NCBI GenBank assembly: GCA_024137785.1
Contig: JAHRHZ010000047.1
Coordinates: 3,752,185 to 3,816,184 of the forward strand
DNA: 64,000 nt
Reading direction: 5' to 3'
From: Ginglymostoma cirratum
Taxonomy: Eukaryota
Below are positions 61,531-64,000 of this stretch, in pieces. How positions within the stretch are numbered: the first letter of the stretch is position 1; every line of letters begins with the position of its first letter. Under the pieces are notes generated by a model. It saw only the letters and a list, made by a program, of their open reading frames with translations. It ran no database searches and was not told the origin of the DNA. The position numbers were made by a program, and so were the translations under genes.

Positions 61531-63805
61531 TGCTGTGCAAGATTCACACCCATTTTCTCAGGTTGAACAAGTGTCACCTCACCTGGTTTGTATATCATCT
61601 TACACTTCAAATTGGACTGCTTGAGTACCTGATACTGTGTTTGAAATAAGATTTAATTATTAAAAACACCTAGACTTACTAAAAAAAATTTTATGTATAT
61701 TCAATGCTTTAATTTTCAATTTCCGAAATATCTTTTTAAACTTGGAAGATTGATAAATATTTTTAAAAAGTTACAGAAAGGTTCCAATACACAGTTCAGC
61801 CTGTTTATGTTGAGTTGGTTTTCTGCAAAAGCAACTCACTCTGCTATTTCCCCTGTCTTCATTGCAGCCTACACATGTTCCCTTGGATAATGATTAGGTC
61901 TGATTCTGACATACTGGCAGTGCACTCTATATTCCTGCACGTGCTGCACTGTATTTTAAAGCTCCTCTTATTATCAATCAGCTTATATCATTATCCTCTG
62001 GTTCTTGATCCTTCCACCAAAACGATTCTTTGTTTATTCTGGAAAAAAAAAATCACTCCTTGACCCCTCAGAACAGACCTAGATGCTATTATACTCAATC
62101 AACTAAAATTACTCATGTCTTGAACCATTCATCTAAGTCTTAGCTGCAGCTTCTTTAATGTGTTCACATCCTTTCTAAAACATGGAATTTAAAACTAAAC
62201 AATCGCATTGAAAGAAAATGCTTAAGTTTTTCATATTCCATTTTCCCTGTTTTTGTTGTCCTCATTTATATCACCAATTTCAGATTCCTCTCTATTTTGA
62301 CTTGGAACTAAATTGTCACTTGCTTACTGTTCATGGATTGAAATCCAAGAACTCTCCCTTATAGTTCTATTGGCTTTCCTATTCCTAAAGGACAGCATAG
62401 CTTCAGGAAGGAAGCTCAACACTGCTGTCTTAAAGACAGTTAGCATTGGGTGACATTGGTTTAACAGTGCTACTCACGTCCTGTTAACAAGTAAAAGCAA
62501 TAATGATGCTTATTAATCCTCTTCAACCTATGTACGTGTATTACGGAGTTCCTCTGCATCTGATTTAGAAATGTAGCTTTCATATTGTGTATTTTTTCAT
62601 ACCAAAATGTGTCACTTCAAATATCCTATAATTAAAATTAATGTCATAATTGCCTAGTTTGCCCTTTTGAGGTTTAACATGCTCCCTAATGGTTTAGAAT
62701 AAACTTATTTCCAGCCTGAGGCTTTGTTTTTATTAAGAAGGAAAATACTCATTTTAAGAATTTGATGAAGGTTGTCTAAAATTTTCACACTTAGCTGATG
62801 GAACAAGAGATAAACCGTTATAGAGACTGATGCATCTTTTAAAAGAAAGTAGCTAAACGTTTGAAGTGCAGGGAGATGCAGGGATTGAATGAGTACTGGA
62901 TTATCTTTACCAAAAAAATAGTACTGCCAAGAATGACTGACTGATTTTTAAAAAATCCCCGTGCTGTCCTCATTACGGTAAATTTCAAGTCTTTCTTCAG
63001 CCTTTTAGTTGGGTTTCTGTAAAAGTAACTCTTAACTACTGTTGTTCAGTCTGTCTGTATCTCGCTCTCTTTAGTTCCATTCACAGCGCTATATTAGACG
63101 AAGTGTAAGGAATTTTACTTTGCATCAATGAATACAGTGGTTAAAGGTTGTTAAAGCAGCCTGCTCTTTGGACCTGTTGAAACCGGAATGGAGTTTGTTT
63201 GCGTTGTCTGGGGGATATAATTTTGTTTCTTTGGGGGAGTCTGTTTATGGCACCTGATTAACAATCTAGTTTACTGACTGATGTGCTGTAATATCAGCCT
63301 CACATCAATGATACACTGGGTGAATGCAAAGGCCGTTCAGTCCATCATACATTCACCATCTACCTGAGGATTTCCCTTCCACTTTTAATCAATCCCCAGA
63401 GCCTTGCATGTTTGTTGTATTTGCCCAATTCCCTACAACAAGTTCGATTTGGACCCAAATCTATCCTGCCATCCTTCACATGTCGCCTCTGCTTATTGAA
63501 ATCTAACAGGGCTTGACCAAACGTGTTAATGTCTGATTCCATCATATATTTTTCATTAACATGTTCAGATGTGTTGTGACACATGTTGGCTCGGAAACAG
63601 AGACGCTACCACTGCCACAAGAGTCCTCCGTCCCCTTCGTTTCATTAGATTGGTTTAACATTAGTATCTAGGCAGTTTGCCCCGACCAAATGCAAATTCA
63701 CCTTCCGATTTCCTCTGTCTCGATTTCGGTCATCATGTCTGATACATGAAGAAGTTGCAGCTGTTTGAAACGGCTACGGTTAACGGCAGGTCCGGTTGTG
63801 TGCAT

Positions 63806-63925
63806 GAAGTAAGGAGAGTCACGTTGGACTCAACGTTCACTCTGTTTCCTTTTCTGTGGTTGCTGTCAGAGCTACTGAGTTTCTCCGGCATTTTCTATTT
63901 TTATTCTAGACTATTTTTTTCGTCG
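63806..63925. mobile_element. Decayed family B Penelope-derived arm
   Basis: GAGTCAC..GGACTC.AACGTT.ACTCTG...GCTG.CAGA.CT.CTGAGTTTCTCC. Confidence 0.55.
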
Positions 63926-64000
63926 ATTTAGTAACTTTTCGAGAACGCTTTCCCTTCCACATCCAGCCCCAGAGACACACGCAATTGATCAAACCAGCTC

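Overview
Vertebrate genomic DNA, most likely from an elasmobranch (shark), judged from HE1 V-SINEs, shark-type CR1/L2 LINEs and Penelope-derived palindromes. Two spliced + strand genes are present. The first is the 3' nine coding exons of FAM214A/ATOSA (7814-34417, about 870 codons; the 5' exons lie upstream of the window). The second is a complete three-exon ARPP19 (47710-58689, 117 aa) with a CpG-island promoter. This matches the conserved FAM214A-ARPP19-(MYO5A) order. Introns and intergenic DNA hold many decayed retroelements (CR1, L2-like, RTE, Rex1/Babar, a Gypsy RNase H, an R2-group RT), SINEs and a Harbinger-like relic. The most unusual signal is a chain of minus-strand exon-like segments nested in FAM214A introns (about 400-29100). 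They translate into repeated thioredoxin/PDI-like motifs with stops and frameshifts, suggesting an unannotated multi-thioredoxin gene or pseudogene; this is by-eye inference. Also notable are three families of TSD-flanked fold-back elements carrying minimal hammerhead-ribozyme cores. All family assignments come from motif recognition, not database searches.
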